From Stramenopiles sp. TOSAG23-2 (lineage: Eukaryota), in contig LT649234.1 in NCBI GenBank assembly GCA_900128395.1, positions 1 to 64,000 on the forward strand: a stretch of 64,000 bases of DNA, given 5' to 3'. How positions within the stretch are numbered: the stretch's first letter is position 1; the number at the start of each line of letters is the position of its first letter. A program made the position numbers and the translations under genes. The notes beneath the pieces were generated by a model. It saw only the letters and a program-made list of their open reading frames with translations, ran no database searches and was not told the DNA's origin. Shown here one piece after another: positions 20,217 through 34,300 of this stretch.

Positions 20217-21920
20217 TTAAAAACATTGAAACTGATTGAAACCTTTACGTATAATATTATCCATAATTTTTTGCCGTGATGCCTCTGTACCAATACCATA
20301 TTTCATACTGTCTTCCTTGCCAAGAATGGCGCTATAAGTTTTTTCCAATGTTAATGCGACACCGGTTAATTCTCTAACTTGTTGTGCGATAACGCATAGA
20401 TTTGGGTGAAATAATTTCATTTCCTTACTTTTTTTTCTCTTTGAATATTTATCGCGCTTGCTATCGCTTTCGATATATTTGTTTAATAATTTTAGGAATT
20501 CATCATCTGAGATTTCTGGAGAAGCTTGCGGGAATAACGAACGTAAAAGATTAATGGATACAGATCTTTTTATATCTTCGTCTTCTAAATTTACTATACC
20601 AGATACAATTTCATCATTCACTTTTTTCAATGTATCAAAATCTTTTAACATATTTGGGCTTAATTGAAACTCACTTTCATCCTTTAGAGTAAAACGCCGT
20701 GACATATAACCTTTTAGCTGATTTGGAAATATTTTAGTTAAATCCACTGGATTGCCATCTAAATCATGACCATTTACAAATCCATTTTCATATAAGCGAT
20801 TGTAAGTATGCATAGTAACAGAAGCGTTATGAATTGCTGCTGTCATTTCAAGATCAGTGCGTATTTGTTTCGACTTTGGTAAGACTTTACAGCTAGTCGT
20901 TGATAAAAGATCCATTATAGCATGTATATTCAAAGTATTAATAACCCGTTTCTGTAGTTGTTTTGGTTGCTGTTGTGGTTGCTGTTGTATTATATCATCT
21001 TCATTTTCCGATTCTGTTTCATCTTCTATAGTTGAAAGTTCTGGTATAGTTGGTAATTTTTTCAATGTTAAACCATCTTCACTTTCCGGTCCAAGGTATC
21101 CATTTTCTAATAATTTATCCATCATAGTTTTCCATTGTTTCAATGGCAACCATTTTTTACTATGATTGAAATCTTGTTTCCATTCCCAGAATGCACAACT
21201 TACTTGTTGTTCCCCTGGATCATCTTTAGAATTATATAAATAGTCCATAACATTATAAGCATCCCATCGTTTTTTTGATGGCATCCATGTATAATGAAAT
21301 TGTGTTCCATCACCTGTTAGGTATTCTTTATATTTACCTGTTTCTTCGTTAAAACCTCTCGACCAAGTTTTTTTGTCAAAGCCAACACGTAAAAACGCAA
21401 AGCCAGAATATTGTGGTATATGTTTATACCAGGAGTGAGAGCGAGCAATTGTAAATGAATAATCAACAATTTGACGCGGAGCAATATTATGAGATTCCTC
21501 GTCAACTTGAACTTGTTGCAACAGCTCCAAAACACGTGGTTTCAACAAATTTCTCTCTTCTTTTTCTGCTTCATAGTACTTTTGCATTTGCAAAATAAAA
21601 TGATTCGACGTATTTCCAGGCAATTCTTCTTTTTGTAAATATTGCCTCCACAACAAATTAGCATTTGGCTCATGTAGCAATGCCTTTTCCATTGATTTAG
21701 AAATAAATGTCATTTTCATGGTTTCAACATATTTTAAATAAGTACATATATGCACTAATAAATCAACGTGAATGTCTGCAAGCATTGGTTTTGCTGCTTT
21801 AATTTCGTCACTATTATTACTAATTATATTTTTTTTTTCGTCAGATATTATTACATTTTTTGTATGCTTTTCCTCCTTCGTTACAGTTGTTCTTTCTTCA
21901 TTTTTGCCATTGATATTCAT
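20217..21920 (-). CDS. F-box-like protein with uncharacterised C-terminal domain
   Basis: LADIHVDLLVHICTYL...ISKSM...LLWR fits the F-box consensus; 567-aa ORF. Confidence 0.65.
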   Translation of the reverse strand: MNINGKNEERTTVTKEEKHTKNVIISDEKKNIISNNSDEIKAAKPMLADIHVDLLVHICTYLKYVETMKMTFISKSMEKALLHEPNANLLWRQYLQKEELPGNTSNHFILQMQKYYEAEKEERNLLKPRVLELLQQVQVDEESHNIAPRQIVDYSFTIARSHSWYKHIPQYSGFAFLRVGFDKKTWSRGFNEETGKYKEYLTGDGTQFHYTWMPSKKRWDAYNVMDYLYNSKDDPGEQQVSCAFWEWKQDFNHSKKWLPLKQWKTMMDKLLENGYLGPESEDGLTLKKLPTIPELSTIEDETESENEDDIIQQQPQQQPKQLQKRVINTLNIHAIMDLLSTTSCKVLPKSKQIRTDLEMTAAIHNASVTMHTYNRLYENGFVNGHDLDGNPVDLTKIFPNQLKGYMSRRFTLKDESEFQLSPNMLKDFDTLKKVNDEIVSGIVNLEDEDIKRSVSINLLRSLFPQASPEISDDEFLKLLNKYIESDSKRDKYSKRKKSKEMKLFHPNLCVIAQQVRELTGVALTLEKTYSAILGKEDSMKYGIGTEASRQKIMDNIIRKGFNQFQCF

Positions 21921-22367
21921 CGCTATTTGTAAAATAGATTTTATATTATAAATATTTCAAACAAGTAATACAATTTACAAATGACTTTCTTTATTTCTAC
22001 GTAGACCTCATCGTCGTCTTATATTGTTTGTTTATGGGGTTATATAAGTGCTTGTCAGTTGTAAATAATACATATATGAATTTTATGTGCGTATTTTAAT
22101 ACATACAGCTTAGCCAGTTAGTAGTTAGAATATTATATTACCTGGTAGAATATATATATTAATAGTCGTCTATTATAATATTAGAAATATTGAACTATCT
22201 ACCACCTGTTGTGGTAAAAGCCTGATCCCAGCTAGCATCACAATAGCATTGAATGGTGGACTGTAATTATTTCAATTATATTTTAATTTAGAGATGTTTT
22301 TATTATATATATAAAAAACAAATCACGACGAGACAAGAAATTAATAATCTAGTGTGTAATTTTATTT

Positions 22368-25300
22368 TTACTTCTTCTTCCTTTTACTTTTACTACTCTT
22401 TTTATCAACTTTCCCTTTTGTATTGCCTCGCTTTGCAGCCCTTGCAGCAGCTCTTTGTTTTCTCTTTTCATCACGTTCTTTTGCTCTTGCAGCAGCATCC
22501 ATTTTCCCAGAGCCTTGTGCACGTCTTTGTAACCTTTTTTGTCTCTTTTCACGCTCTGCATCATCAGCTTTTTTCTTTGCCAATTTTGCTTCTGCGCTAT
22601 TTGCTTCCTCTTCTGCTTTTCTCTTTGCCATTGCTGCTTCCATTTTCTTTTCAGTTTCTTCTTGTTTCTTAAGTTTCTCTGCAAGTATACGTGCTTCTTC
22701 TTCCTCTTTAGCTTTTTGCTCAGCAGCTGCTTTCTCAGCCATTTTTTGGTCATATTCTTCCTTATTTTCTTCTGCAAGTTTCTCCAACCTTTCAGCTTCT
22801 TCACGTTTAGCCTTTTCTTCCTCTGCTTTTTTTTGACGTTCTGCACGCTCTTCTTCTGCAATACGTTTCTTTTCCGCTTTTTCTGCTTCTTCCTTTTCTT
22901 TTTGTGCTTTTTCCATTTGTTCTCGTAACTCTCGTGCTTTTTTCATAGCTGCCTTTTGTGCCTCCTCCAATTCTTTCTTCTCGCGTTCGGCTTCTTCTTT
23001 TTCTCTTCTTTCCTCCTCAATTAATTTCTGCTTCAAACGTTGTGCAGCAGCTTCTTTAGCAGCAGCATCTCGTTTAGCTTGAATTTCTGCTCTTGCCAAT
23101 GCTTTTTGACGTTTTTCAGCACGCTTTGCAAGTAATTGCGTAATACGGAATTTAGGATAAAAATATGGCGCTGCAAGCACTTTTCCAACCATACCACCTG
23201 GTATGTCATCGTCCCATCTTTTCTTCACCTTAATACGGTCTGCACCTCCAGCTTTTGCATCAAATTTTCCAGCAACCCTAGCATTTGCTTGTTCAGTAAA
23301 GCTCATTGTTTGTGCACCACGTCGCGCTTCACGCGCCTTTCTTCTTATTTCTGCTTCGCGTCTTAAACGTGCATTTTCAGCCTTTTCTCTTTGACGTTGC
23401 GCATACATTTGACCAGCCAATCTAGCTGATTCTCTCGCTAGTTGTGCCTTTTTATATGTATCTCGTATACCTTTTCGTATTGTCATTTTTGCATTTAACA
23501 AAGTCATATTGAAACCTTTTAATTCAAGTTGTCCATGATCAGCTGTTAACCACCACATTGCAAATTCACCAAAGTCAATTTCTCCACTTCCATCACGATC
23601 AATAGCTTTAAGAGCTTCTGCAATTTGCTTTCTATCCATCAATTCACCAACTTCATAGGCTAATTGTTGGAATTCTTTCGCATCTATTTCACCACTTCCA
23701 TCAGCATCAAAGACATCGAATGCAGCTCTAATTTCTGCAAGCTCAGTTTCATTTGCAGTTAAGAAACCACGCAAGCGATCGGCGTAACGATCTTCGCCCA
23801 TCATACTACCCCATTCGTGTGAAATTGGTTTCAATTGCTTCAATGAAATATTTCTTCGACGTTTTTGCATCATTAAGCGGAATCGTTCCATACGACGTCG
23901 TCTACATGCAACTTGCAACGCAAAACGCAATGCCAATTCTTTCTCCCGTCTTTCCGCCAATGCAAGCCTAACAGCTTCTAATTGCTCATCGCGTTCTAAA
24001 CTATCTTGGACCCATCGCATTTTATGATGCGACAATGTTGGCACTCCATTTTGATTCATGATGACAAGTTGAGAGATGATTCTCTCCGCTACTCTTCGTA
24101 AGTTTCTATGGCGATCTATGCCATTCAACAATCCAGGAATATCCTCACAAGCCCCGGTTAATACATCTTCATCAGGAACGATAACCATACGCTGTTGCGT
24201 AGCAGGCTCAAAACCAAGAATAAACAGACGACCCAAGCCTTGTGCAGGCGCTTTGCTTTTCCCCCGAATAGCTTGCAAAATAACCAATCGACCATGCGGC
24301 GGCAATCTTCGAACAACTTTACAAACAGTTCGATCCAATGCAATTTTGGATTTGTTTTTTTGCAATGTTAAATGTTTTAGCATCCATTGAATCATATTGT
24401 CACGGTCATATAATGGACGATGCCCCAAATGATCTTCACGACCTTCTCTTGACGCTGCTACTAATGATTCTAGTTCATACTGATGTACCTTTGTTGAAAT
24501 AATGCGCATATTATTGACTTCAGCAGCATACTCTAACGCAGATCGTCTATACGTTCTTCTACTATATTCAGTACGAGTGTCTTCATCATCTAAAACAGTC
24601 GCAGCCAGCAATGGTTTTGTACTAGTAGCTTCTTGATAGAGTTCTTTTAATAGAGCTGGCTTACAATTTTGTCGCAATGAACGTCGTTCATTCATGTTTT
24701 TCTTCCATCTTGGCAAGCGTATTTTTTTCGCTGCAGCTGCAATCTGTGCATTTTCTTGTGTCATGTCCATGTCTATCTTTTCATCCCGAGAAATAATTTC
24801 ACCCTTCTTCCCCTCAGAATGATCAATTTGATCTTCAGCAACTTCAGTTGACTTTAATGTTGGAACTGGTTGAGATTTTGTTGGAACCCAATCACCAGGT
24901 TTTAATTCCGATAATCGTTTTGCTGCACTAAGGTCTGACTTGATAATATCATTTCCACTAACGCGACCTTTTTCACCTCTCATCATCCAAATAACATCAC
25001 CAACGACATCTTTTTGAGCCAATATAGAAGCACGAAGATTTCTAGTGATAGAGTAACGATAAAATAATACCGCACCTGTTTTTGGCAACACCATTCGTTC
25101 TATACGACGCTCCGATGCGGGATTTCCTTGACCCAGTAGATGCAGCACGGCATTTTGCCAAGTGGCCAAAGATAGCCGTAAAAGAGATGCTCTTTTAGCA
25201 CTATTTACGGGCAAGAAGACCCCAGTGAAATGTGTTGGCATGGCATTGGAATTAGTAGCAATATTTAAATCATCCGAGACTTCATCTCGTTCAAATAAAT

Positions 25301-28300
25301 CTAAACTGCTTTCAGTAGCTGATTTTTTCTTCTCCATAGCTTTGTTTAAATCCCACTCTAAATCATTTTCTGCATTTTCACCTGTTTTAGCAGCACTTGC
25401 AAGATCTTTTAAATTTAAAGTTGGTTTATCTTCCACGTGGCGTATATGTTGTGTTTTGTGATCATTCGCTGCAAACTCTTCCACAAATAAATGTTCAAAT
25501 GTGGCGCTAGTCTCATCATCCATATCTAAACCTTCCATATAGTCATCTGTTTTTTTTGATGATAATGCAAGATCAGCTCCCTCCACGGTGCCTTTCTTGT
25601 TCTTCTTTTTCTTTTTCTTCTTACCTTTCTTGGCACCTTTTTTATGCCCATCATCTACAGATCCATCATCGCTTGGAGCATTCATATTTGAAGGAGTTTG
25701 CACGATCCAATCCTCGTTTCCACCACTCGTGCTCCTTGAGCTTAATGAACCACCTTGTGAAGCGGCTGAGGATGCGCTTTCGACCGGAATAACATCCGGT
25801 GCATATGCCATTAAGTTATCAAATGTACCATCAACTTCATCTGCAATTGCTTTTCTACTTAAAGCGCCTTTGAAATCGTGAGCTATTTTCAAGACAGTAT
25901 CCTCCGCGAGTAAATTGGAAATCGCTCCAAGGATATTTTTCTTATCGATATGTTTATCCCATGTTAATTTAGTTTCCTCTTCATTTACATAAGTTGCAGA
26001 AACACCTAAGTTAGAGCCGACACCTCGCAGTGTACGGCGTGAGAACCATCGTTCCTTTCGTATATTTAATTCAATTGCTGTATCATATGCAATTTCTTTC
26101 CCAACTTTTACAGCAAGTCGTTTTTGCAACTCTTCTTTGATTCCGTGAGTTTCCAAACCGCGAACTTCAAGCGCCTTTCTGAGTGCAAATGTTTGCATTT
26201 CAAATGGCTTTGGGTATTCTTTTTGCATTCCTTCCTCCTCCTGTAATTCTTTGACAGTTGGGGGCACAGCAACAGCTAATTCTTCATCTGCTACTTCAAT
26301 AGTCCATTGCTGAGATGATTCTGGATGGTATGCTTCGTACCTTGCACCACCCTGACCACGCCATAAACTAACTAACAATCGCATAGGTGTCCCATCTGGC
26401 CCTTTACAAAGTTTCGATGTTCGTAACAATGGACGAGGTTTCTCTTCCAATCTATTTGGTTTTCCATCTTGTGTCTTATCAACTTTACTGAGCCAACTTA
26501 AACTGGAATATGCTTCATTACCACTTCCAGTGCAATAAGGCAGCAATGCAGCACGTTTGCAGAAACGATACTTTTTACCATGTACTGGTAAGGCTGTTGT
26601 TCCAGCACTAGGTGACAAGGAAAGCATGAGACCACCTTCATGCCCCACCGTATTTGGACGCAAAACCAACATATCCACCATTTCAATCGCAGCTTTATTG
26701 ATACCTAAATGTTTTCTCCAACGTTTACCATCTAAATCATCAGCATCGATCACCACAGCATGGGTCTCGGCACGCGCTGGATCATATACTTCTACCCGCA
26801 ATATACTACTTAAATCCATTGCACTACCATGTCGACGGCCAACTTGGGATACACCTTGCACAGTTACTATAGCAGTAGTATTTCTAATTTTTCTAACAGT
26901 CCTGTACCAAACCTTTCCAAAGTCTCTTGAATCCCTCTCATGATCCATTTGTTTTTTAATTGACATTGGATCATCGATCGAGTATGGTTTTTTTCCCAGT
27001 CGTCTCCATCTGCGTTTCAATTTTGATTTAGTTGGTCTCCAATTACCTTTACCAGCCTTTTGAAGCGCGTGCATCACTTCTGGAGGAACCTCACTTAGAT
27101 TTTGTAAATCACTTGTCTTCCAAAAATGTATCCCTTCCGGTAGTAGTACAAACGATTTCGTTTCATCCGGCAATCGCGGCGTACCTTCGTCAACTGCAAT
27201 TACTTTCTTCGTTCGAGGAAATTTGTAACCCAACTGAAAGACTACACTCGCATACATATTATCTTCAATCCCTGATGTCGTTAAGAGCTCGCTGACTTTG
27301 TCGACTTTCAAACCAAATACGCTATCAGTATTTGTTACGTATCTTAAAGATTGGAAGACGCTAGGATACATTGTATGAGAATTTGGTTCTTTTTCATCAT
27401 CTATATTGGCAAAAACAGGTTCCCATGCTTGTACTTTTTTCTCTTCAACGACTTCTTCCTCGACGTCTTTCACGACAACTGGTGGAAACGCAATTCTTGA
27501 TCTATTTTCAAATGTATTCATAAGTTCCGAGTCAATCATAGCTTCATCATCCCTATCGCCATATTTTAATGATATTCCCATACCAACTCGCCTGGATAAT
27601 TGGGTCAAACGTTGCAACCTATCTGCAGCTACGTTTTCTATACGAGGAATCTTTTCAACTGCTTTCTTTTTCTTCACTCTCTTTTTTACAAGCTTCTTAG
27701 TAACCTTTACGCTTTTTTTAATATTTTCCAACATATATGTTGTTGCTTCATCAGCCACATGTCGATATGCTTCTTCATTTGCCATTAATATTCTCTCTTC
27801 TTTTGATCGGCGTCCATCGCCTTCCCAAACGGTTTCTGGTCTCATTCGCACCCAAATGTTACGACTATCCTTGTAAGAACCAAATTGTCGTACCATAATT
27901 TCAACAACAAAGTGAGTAGCATTGATTAAGCGACCTTTGACATGTCTCCCACCAAAGCAACGCGTGCCGTAAAATATTCGTTTCCAATGTTCTTTAGGTC
28001 GTAACCGAGATATAACTAATCGCAAACCACTCTTTAATTTTTGATGCGCCACCTCACGCCTCCAAGCGCTACATACTCTCAAATGCTTTTTACGTTCCAA
28101 AGTTTCATCGTAAAATTGACCCGCGCAATCACGGATGGCACTTATTAAACGATCACACGTAGCCTTACCTAGATCTCTACTTGCTTTCGCATCATTCAAA
28201 TTCTTAGCCAACATACGTAACAATGCCATTGGTTTATGTTTACCACCATCAGCTTCTGCAACATCTTCAGCCGCTAATGCTAAGTCACGCAGACGCAAAT

Positions 28301-31300
28301 ACTCTACTTTTGCATATTCTAATTCCTTTTTCAACGCATTTAGTCGCCCAAATGTATGTATACATTTCAACGCAGCAGTCTCCGCCATTTTCTCCAATGC
28401 TCTCAATCGTAATGTCATCATCTTATGGCGTCCAGCATCTGGATCAGGCCTCAAAGCAAGCAAATCAAGCATGTATTTCCACATTTCAATACCGCGATCG
28501 CTTAATAATTTAGGCTCGTCCTTTAGCACTACTCTTAATCGATCCCGAGAAACATTTATACTATGTCGATGAGCACTTCTTGGATCATGCGCTTCTAGTA
28601 TCATATCTCCACGTGAATTTTCTAAGACGCTAACAGTCATTTGCTGCCCACTAATATTCCTAGTCTCTTGATGTTTTATCATGTATGTCTCTCGCAATCT
28701 TTTCCTTAAAATCAATATCTTCACCCCAGCACCACTGTCTTCTCGTAAACCCCTTGATTGGCCTTTGCGTATATCTTCCATGAAGCCCATAGCATCCCAT
28801 TGCAATGTGCCAATGCCTTCCCAAGGTGGTGGAGGTTGTTTTGGAACAGTGATAAATGTTAATTTATCGACTATACGACGCAATAAATCCGGGCTGTAAA
28901 CATTGGTTTTAACAGAGCTTTCCCAGTAATCAGCCCATTTTGGAACCTCGCTTAGCGCTGCAGTAACATCATCAAAAAGCACTCGCAAGGAACAGCCGAG
29001 TCCACTGCGGGGATGATAAGCCTCAAAAACTAAATCGCCGTTATTTTCATGTATGGATAATACAACATAACCACCACCAACTTTTCTGCCTTCACTAAAT
29101 ATTTGCACTCCTTTTCCACTAGATTTTTGTTTGAGCATATCACGCCACCAATAACAGCGTTCTAATCTTTCAAATAAGATACGACGCCGTTTACGTAATA
29201 AAAATTTGTCTAAAATAACATCATCTTTATCGTACCTATTCAAACAAAGTAATTTAATCAAACGCTCGATGACGACACGTCGTCGATTGTCGAATACATT
29301 CCTTCGTTGCACAAAACCTCCATGGGGTTTACCTGTGCGTAGGGACCACATGTCTACAGATGCAGCATGGAATATCACACTGCACTTAGGACATCTCAAA
29401 ACTGGACCCCCTCGACCATCTACACCTATGTTAACACCTGAATATGGGTGTGGACGCAGTGCGATCTCATGATCTTTCACCGACGTTAAGCGTTGACGTG
29501 CTCGAAGCCTGTGGCCACATCCTTCCGTTGGACAAAAAAATTGTGTATCTGCATCTTCTTCTATAGGATCAAATAAGTCTCTATTTTCATGCCCTAATGC
29601 ATCAACTAAATCTGGGCGATTGAATGAAAGCAAAATATGCTTCCGGGTTTCAGGCTCATAAATTGAAATGGCAATACCCCCAACGAACGGAGGAAGTTTA
29701 TTTTGACTAGACATCGGATCTTCATAGACACTGATTATTGCTAATTTCCTATGTGGTTTTTGATTTAAAAATGGTTGCGATACTAAGAACATAGCTTTTC
29801 TATATCTCATATTCCAACCACCAAATACAATAGGAACCGGGCGTAATGGCTGTATATCAATTGTCCATTCGGGTTCAAAGAAGACCAACGAACGCCTCCC
29901 ATTTGTACGCGGTAACGCGCGGAGAGTTAACATCTTTAAAATTCTGTGAACAATTTCAACCATCATTGGTCTGGCAACTTTACTACTTTCAACAATACGT
30001 GTACATTCGCGTCTTGCAACAATCGATCGTTTCAAGGCTTTATCATATAAAACTTTTGCATCATCAACTCGACCTTTTGCTTTTTGCATAATATATTTAG
30101 CTTTAAAATGATGACGTCTTGCTTCCTCGCGTTCCAATGTACGCAAAATCAAAGATTTCTTCGCTTCATATTTTCTTTTAATCCAGATGTGATCATTAGC
30201 ATTTTCCAATGGATCGAACGAAAAACTTTCATTTGACCGACTCAAGTCAGCAAATACTGCTAATTGCTTTTGTACAAAATGCATTGAATTATCACTAGCA
30301 TATATCATAGCTTGCAATTGAATTTGCGTACGGAAATATAATCTATGCGCTTTTAAATATAAGTGTTTCATATGTGCAGCAAATGCAGCTATTTCACGAA
30401 ATGCTTTTTCAACTTTGTCTAATGCTTCTTTTTTCTCCATGGCATCCTTTTCACAAGCAAGAGCAAACCGTTCAACATCCCTGGCATTTTTGAAAGCTTC
30501 AGCAGATTCACGCAATGGTTCAAAACGATCACGGCGATATACACCAATATTTTGCCTCAAGCAATAATCACTAGGCAAGCGCTCATATCTACAAGCAGTA
30601 GGCACCAGTGCATCCATTGCCTGCCCTCGTCTTTTTGTGTCTAGTAGTATTCTTCTTCTCATTTCTTTTTCGGAGACAGACAAACTGTAAACAACACTTC
30701 GCATCGCACTGTAACCACGTACCAACATACGTTCTATCGGCCTTTCCGTTTTACATGTACATGGACCGTGCTGCACCACCATTCGCTGTGTGGCTAAATC
30801 CCACCGCGCCCTTGGACGCCATTTTAAACAAGAATAGCAAGTTGCAATTACTTTACGATATTTATAATCGTAATGATTACTTCTAAAGACCTGTAAAACA
30901 ACATCTTCATTATCCATTTGATGTGTTCGTGAATACACAGGCTTTAATATAGCACGTCGAGCCTTTTTAATTCCTTGTTTGAGAATCTCTGGGACAACTC
31001 GTCTAGCAGTCAAAGCACACGCCATTTCTCTTGCAACATGCAATTTTACTTTAATTTTTCGGTTTTGCCTAATCATCATGGACAGTGATCGTGCAACATG
31101 GCCACGATAAACCCTTTGACACGTATTTGCAGCAAGAGTTCGAGCACGATACCGTGCAACTGCAGCTTCTGCTTTGTCAGCATCTAACAAAAGCAAGGAA
31201 CCTTTAATTTCCCTTGCAAATTTGACAAGTGCAATCACTCTTTTTACATCTATTAAATCAGGATTTCGAATACTTTTAATTATCAGTCTTTGAACCTTAC

Positions 31301-34300
31301 TACGTAATTTTGCCCTGTCCTCACCATCTCGTTTCAACTTTAGTTCATAATAATGATGTTGCGAACGTTTTCCACGAACGGTGAATCCATTCTTAGTGAA
31401 GTTCATACCATCAAAACAAACTCTAAATTCACCCTGGTTTGGATTCAACCATATACCTTTTTTTTTCGACTGTTTTGGTAAGCGTTTTTGTGGTACTTTT
31501 AATGATACACCACCTTGAGAATATCTAGCAATCTTAACCGTTGCTCTGCTTTGCAGATCATCTTGTATTTCTTTCTTTTTTCTTTCCTCTTGCAGAGCTT
31601 CACGTTCCTCTTCCAATGCAACTTCATCAACACTTTCACCACTATCACTATCTCCATCTTCATCAACTTTTTTAAAGTCAAGATGAATTTCAGCTGTTAA
31701 ATCTTCAAAAAATCCTTTTGGTGGAATAAAGAAACCATTTCCGACAGCATATGCAGGTGGAGGTGGAGGTGGATCGATGATATTTTCTTTGGTTACAAGT
31801 AGTTGTTGTTGATCTTTATTATCAGTTGTAGTGGTAATCCCAATTGACGTCTGTTCCATTGGTTTAGAACTGACAATACTGCTACTTGTCGTAGTACCAC
31901 TAAGACCGACTGATCCTGCTTTCATCTCTTGTTTTACTACTCCAACAGTTTGACTTGGTTGTTGTTGTGTTGTTATTGATTGCGATGAGGTTGTTTGCTG
32001 TTGAGATGGCGCCGTTACTGTCTGTTTTTGCTCTTTATTTATTACATTACTTTGTGCAATACTATCTTCCTCATTATTATTCATTTTCTTTGTTTGTGAC
32101 AAGCTATTTTCTTCATCTTCTTCTGTTTCATTCGTTTTCTTCTCTTTTAATTCTTTACTTCGTTTCATATCTTCTTCTATAGTATCCATCATTTTTGCTA
32201 TTTCCAGCTCTTGCAATATGCTATAACCTGAGCGTTGAATACGTTCCATATCTAATACTTCAACATCTTTTCCCTCATTACGTTTCACAAAATCCTTTAA
32301 TTGTTTCCTGCTGAATGGCATTTGCGGCATGTATGTTTTATTTTCACCAACAGTTAATGTTGTACCAACTGCTAAATGTCCAAACCATTCAGTAGTACCG
32401 TTAGAATATTTAATAATTTTAGCACCGGGCTGTCCAAACTTTTCACCTTCCCTATTTTCTGCTCCACCATTAGTTGATTCTTCTGAAATTTTTTGATAAT
32501 CAAATGGTTTTAAAATATCATCTAAATCATGTACCATACTAAACGGATTACGCACCAATGGAAATCTAGGACCTAAATATTCCCTTAAAGGTTCACATTT
32601 ATTTAAAAAATCCATATCGTGAGGAATTTTCAGGAGATAATTCATGCCATTCCACAAAAATGGGGCATTGAAGCCAACGCCTCCTTCTAAACTTTTAACT
32701 TTACATATTTCACATACAGATTGTTCTTTGCCAAGATGCTTGACCTTACTTTCCACGGCCCAATGACCACATGGTCTTTGAAAAATGACACGTTCATACA
32801 TTCTATCGACAGTCGTATTATGCATTACCGCTTGTTCATTTCTAGCTTTGTCATATGCAGTTGCTGCATCGTATTCCGTTTTAAAATAGCCAATTGAAAT
32901 CCATTTATCTGCCTTCTTGTCTAACGTACGTGGACGCGAGAATCGTTTTACTTTCGATTCATATGGTGGACAACCACGGTACAATAACTCCCCTTCTACT
33001 AAAATTTTCACAGCAAAACCTTGTGCAGCAGCTGCTCTTGCCAATGCACCTGGACCTCCACCATGTTTCATCTTTAAACGCTGCAAGCGTACTGCATCAC
33101 GCCATTTACTAATATTTTCAACAACTTCTACCGTTGCCGCGCGCATTTGTGCCATTAAATCCAACAATGGCCTTACATCACTTTCTCGTACATATGAACC
33201 GACATTATCTTGAAATCTACGTGTTGCATTATTTTGTTCATTCATTATGGCAGAAAGTAAATCTTCCCGTTGAGTCAACGCTTCGATTACTTTGCGTTCT
33301 AATCGCGCATCGACTTCCATTCGCAATTTTGCACTCCGTGCTTTTTCTTCTTGAGACGTATAATAATGACGCTTTGAACATACTTCTTTACTATTTGGAC
33401 ATCGTAACAAAACCCAATCTTTACATAAGGGTGGTACTTGATCATCATGCAAACCATCAATTACTAAAACGCCACCACCTAATTTAATAACCGTTGTATC
33501 GTCCATTGCGGTTTGATAAAATGTATTAGGGGCTTGTAATACTTGCATTTCTGTATCTACACGTGGTTCATATGCTTTTTGAATTTTCTTTTTTGCTTGT
33601 ATGATTTGAGCAGGTGATCCATCATCCATACCTTGCTCATCCACGATTGGAGGCAATTTAAGACGACCTTCCTCACCGTCTTCATCGATGGTATCCTCCT
33701 TTAAAGATTGAGATGCTTGTTGCAATTGCTTTTGCATTTTTTCCGCTTCCATCTTTTCAGCATGGTCTTTCCTATCCAACCGTGCTTGTAAGCGGTCGGC
33801 TAAATCCAATCGTCCCATCGCTTGTCCTTCCATAATTAAACCACGAAATGAACCTTTTTCTGGTGGTGGCAATGTATCTAATATTTCATCTAATGGAGGT
33901 GGTTCAGGCAAATCTTCTTTTATTTTAGCTTTTTCCCATGGTGGTAACACTCGCTTCCGCCTCTTTTTCCTACGTTTTTGTACACTTGTTTGCTCTTCTA
34001 TTGCTTTCATTTCCTCATCACGTTTATTTGCTTTCCCTTCATCTAAAAAATCTGGATCAACATCCTTTAACACAGTTAGACGATCGATTTCACTAACATC
34101 TGGCACGGCATATGGTTGAAATCCATGTATTTGTATATGTTCTCTCCATTTTTTAACTTCAATTTCCACTGCTTTTGCATGTCCGACTAAAAGTTCATAT
34201 GCTTCTTTATCTTCCATCAATTTTCTTCTAGCCGCACCACGTTCTTCGAATGTCATACCCGGTCCAGCTTTTTTTAAACGATCTGTTCTAGCTGCTAAAT

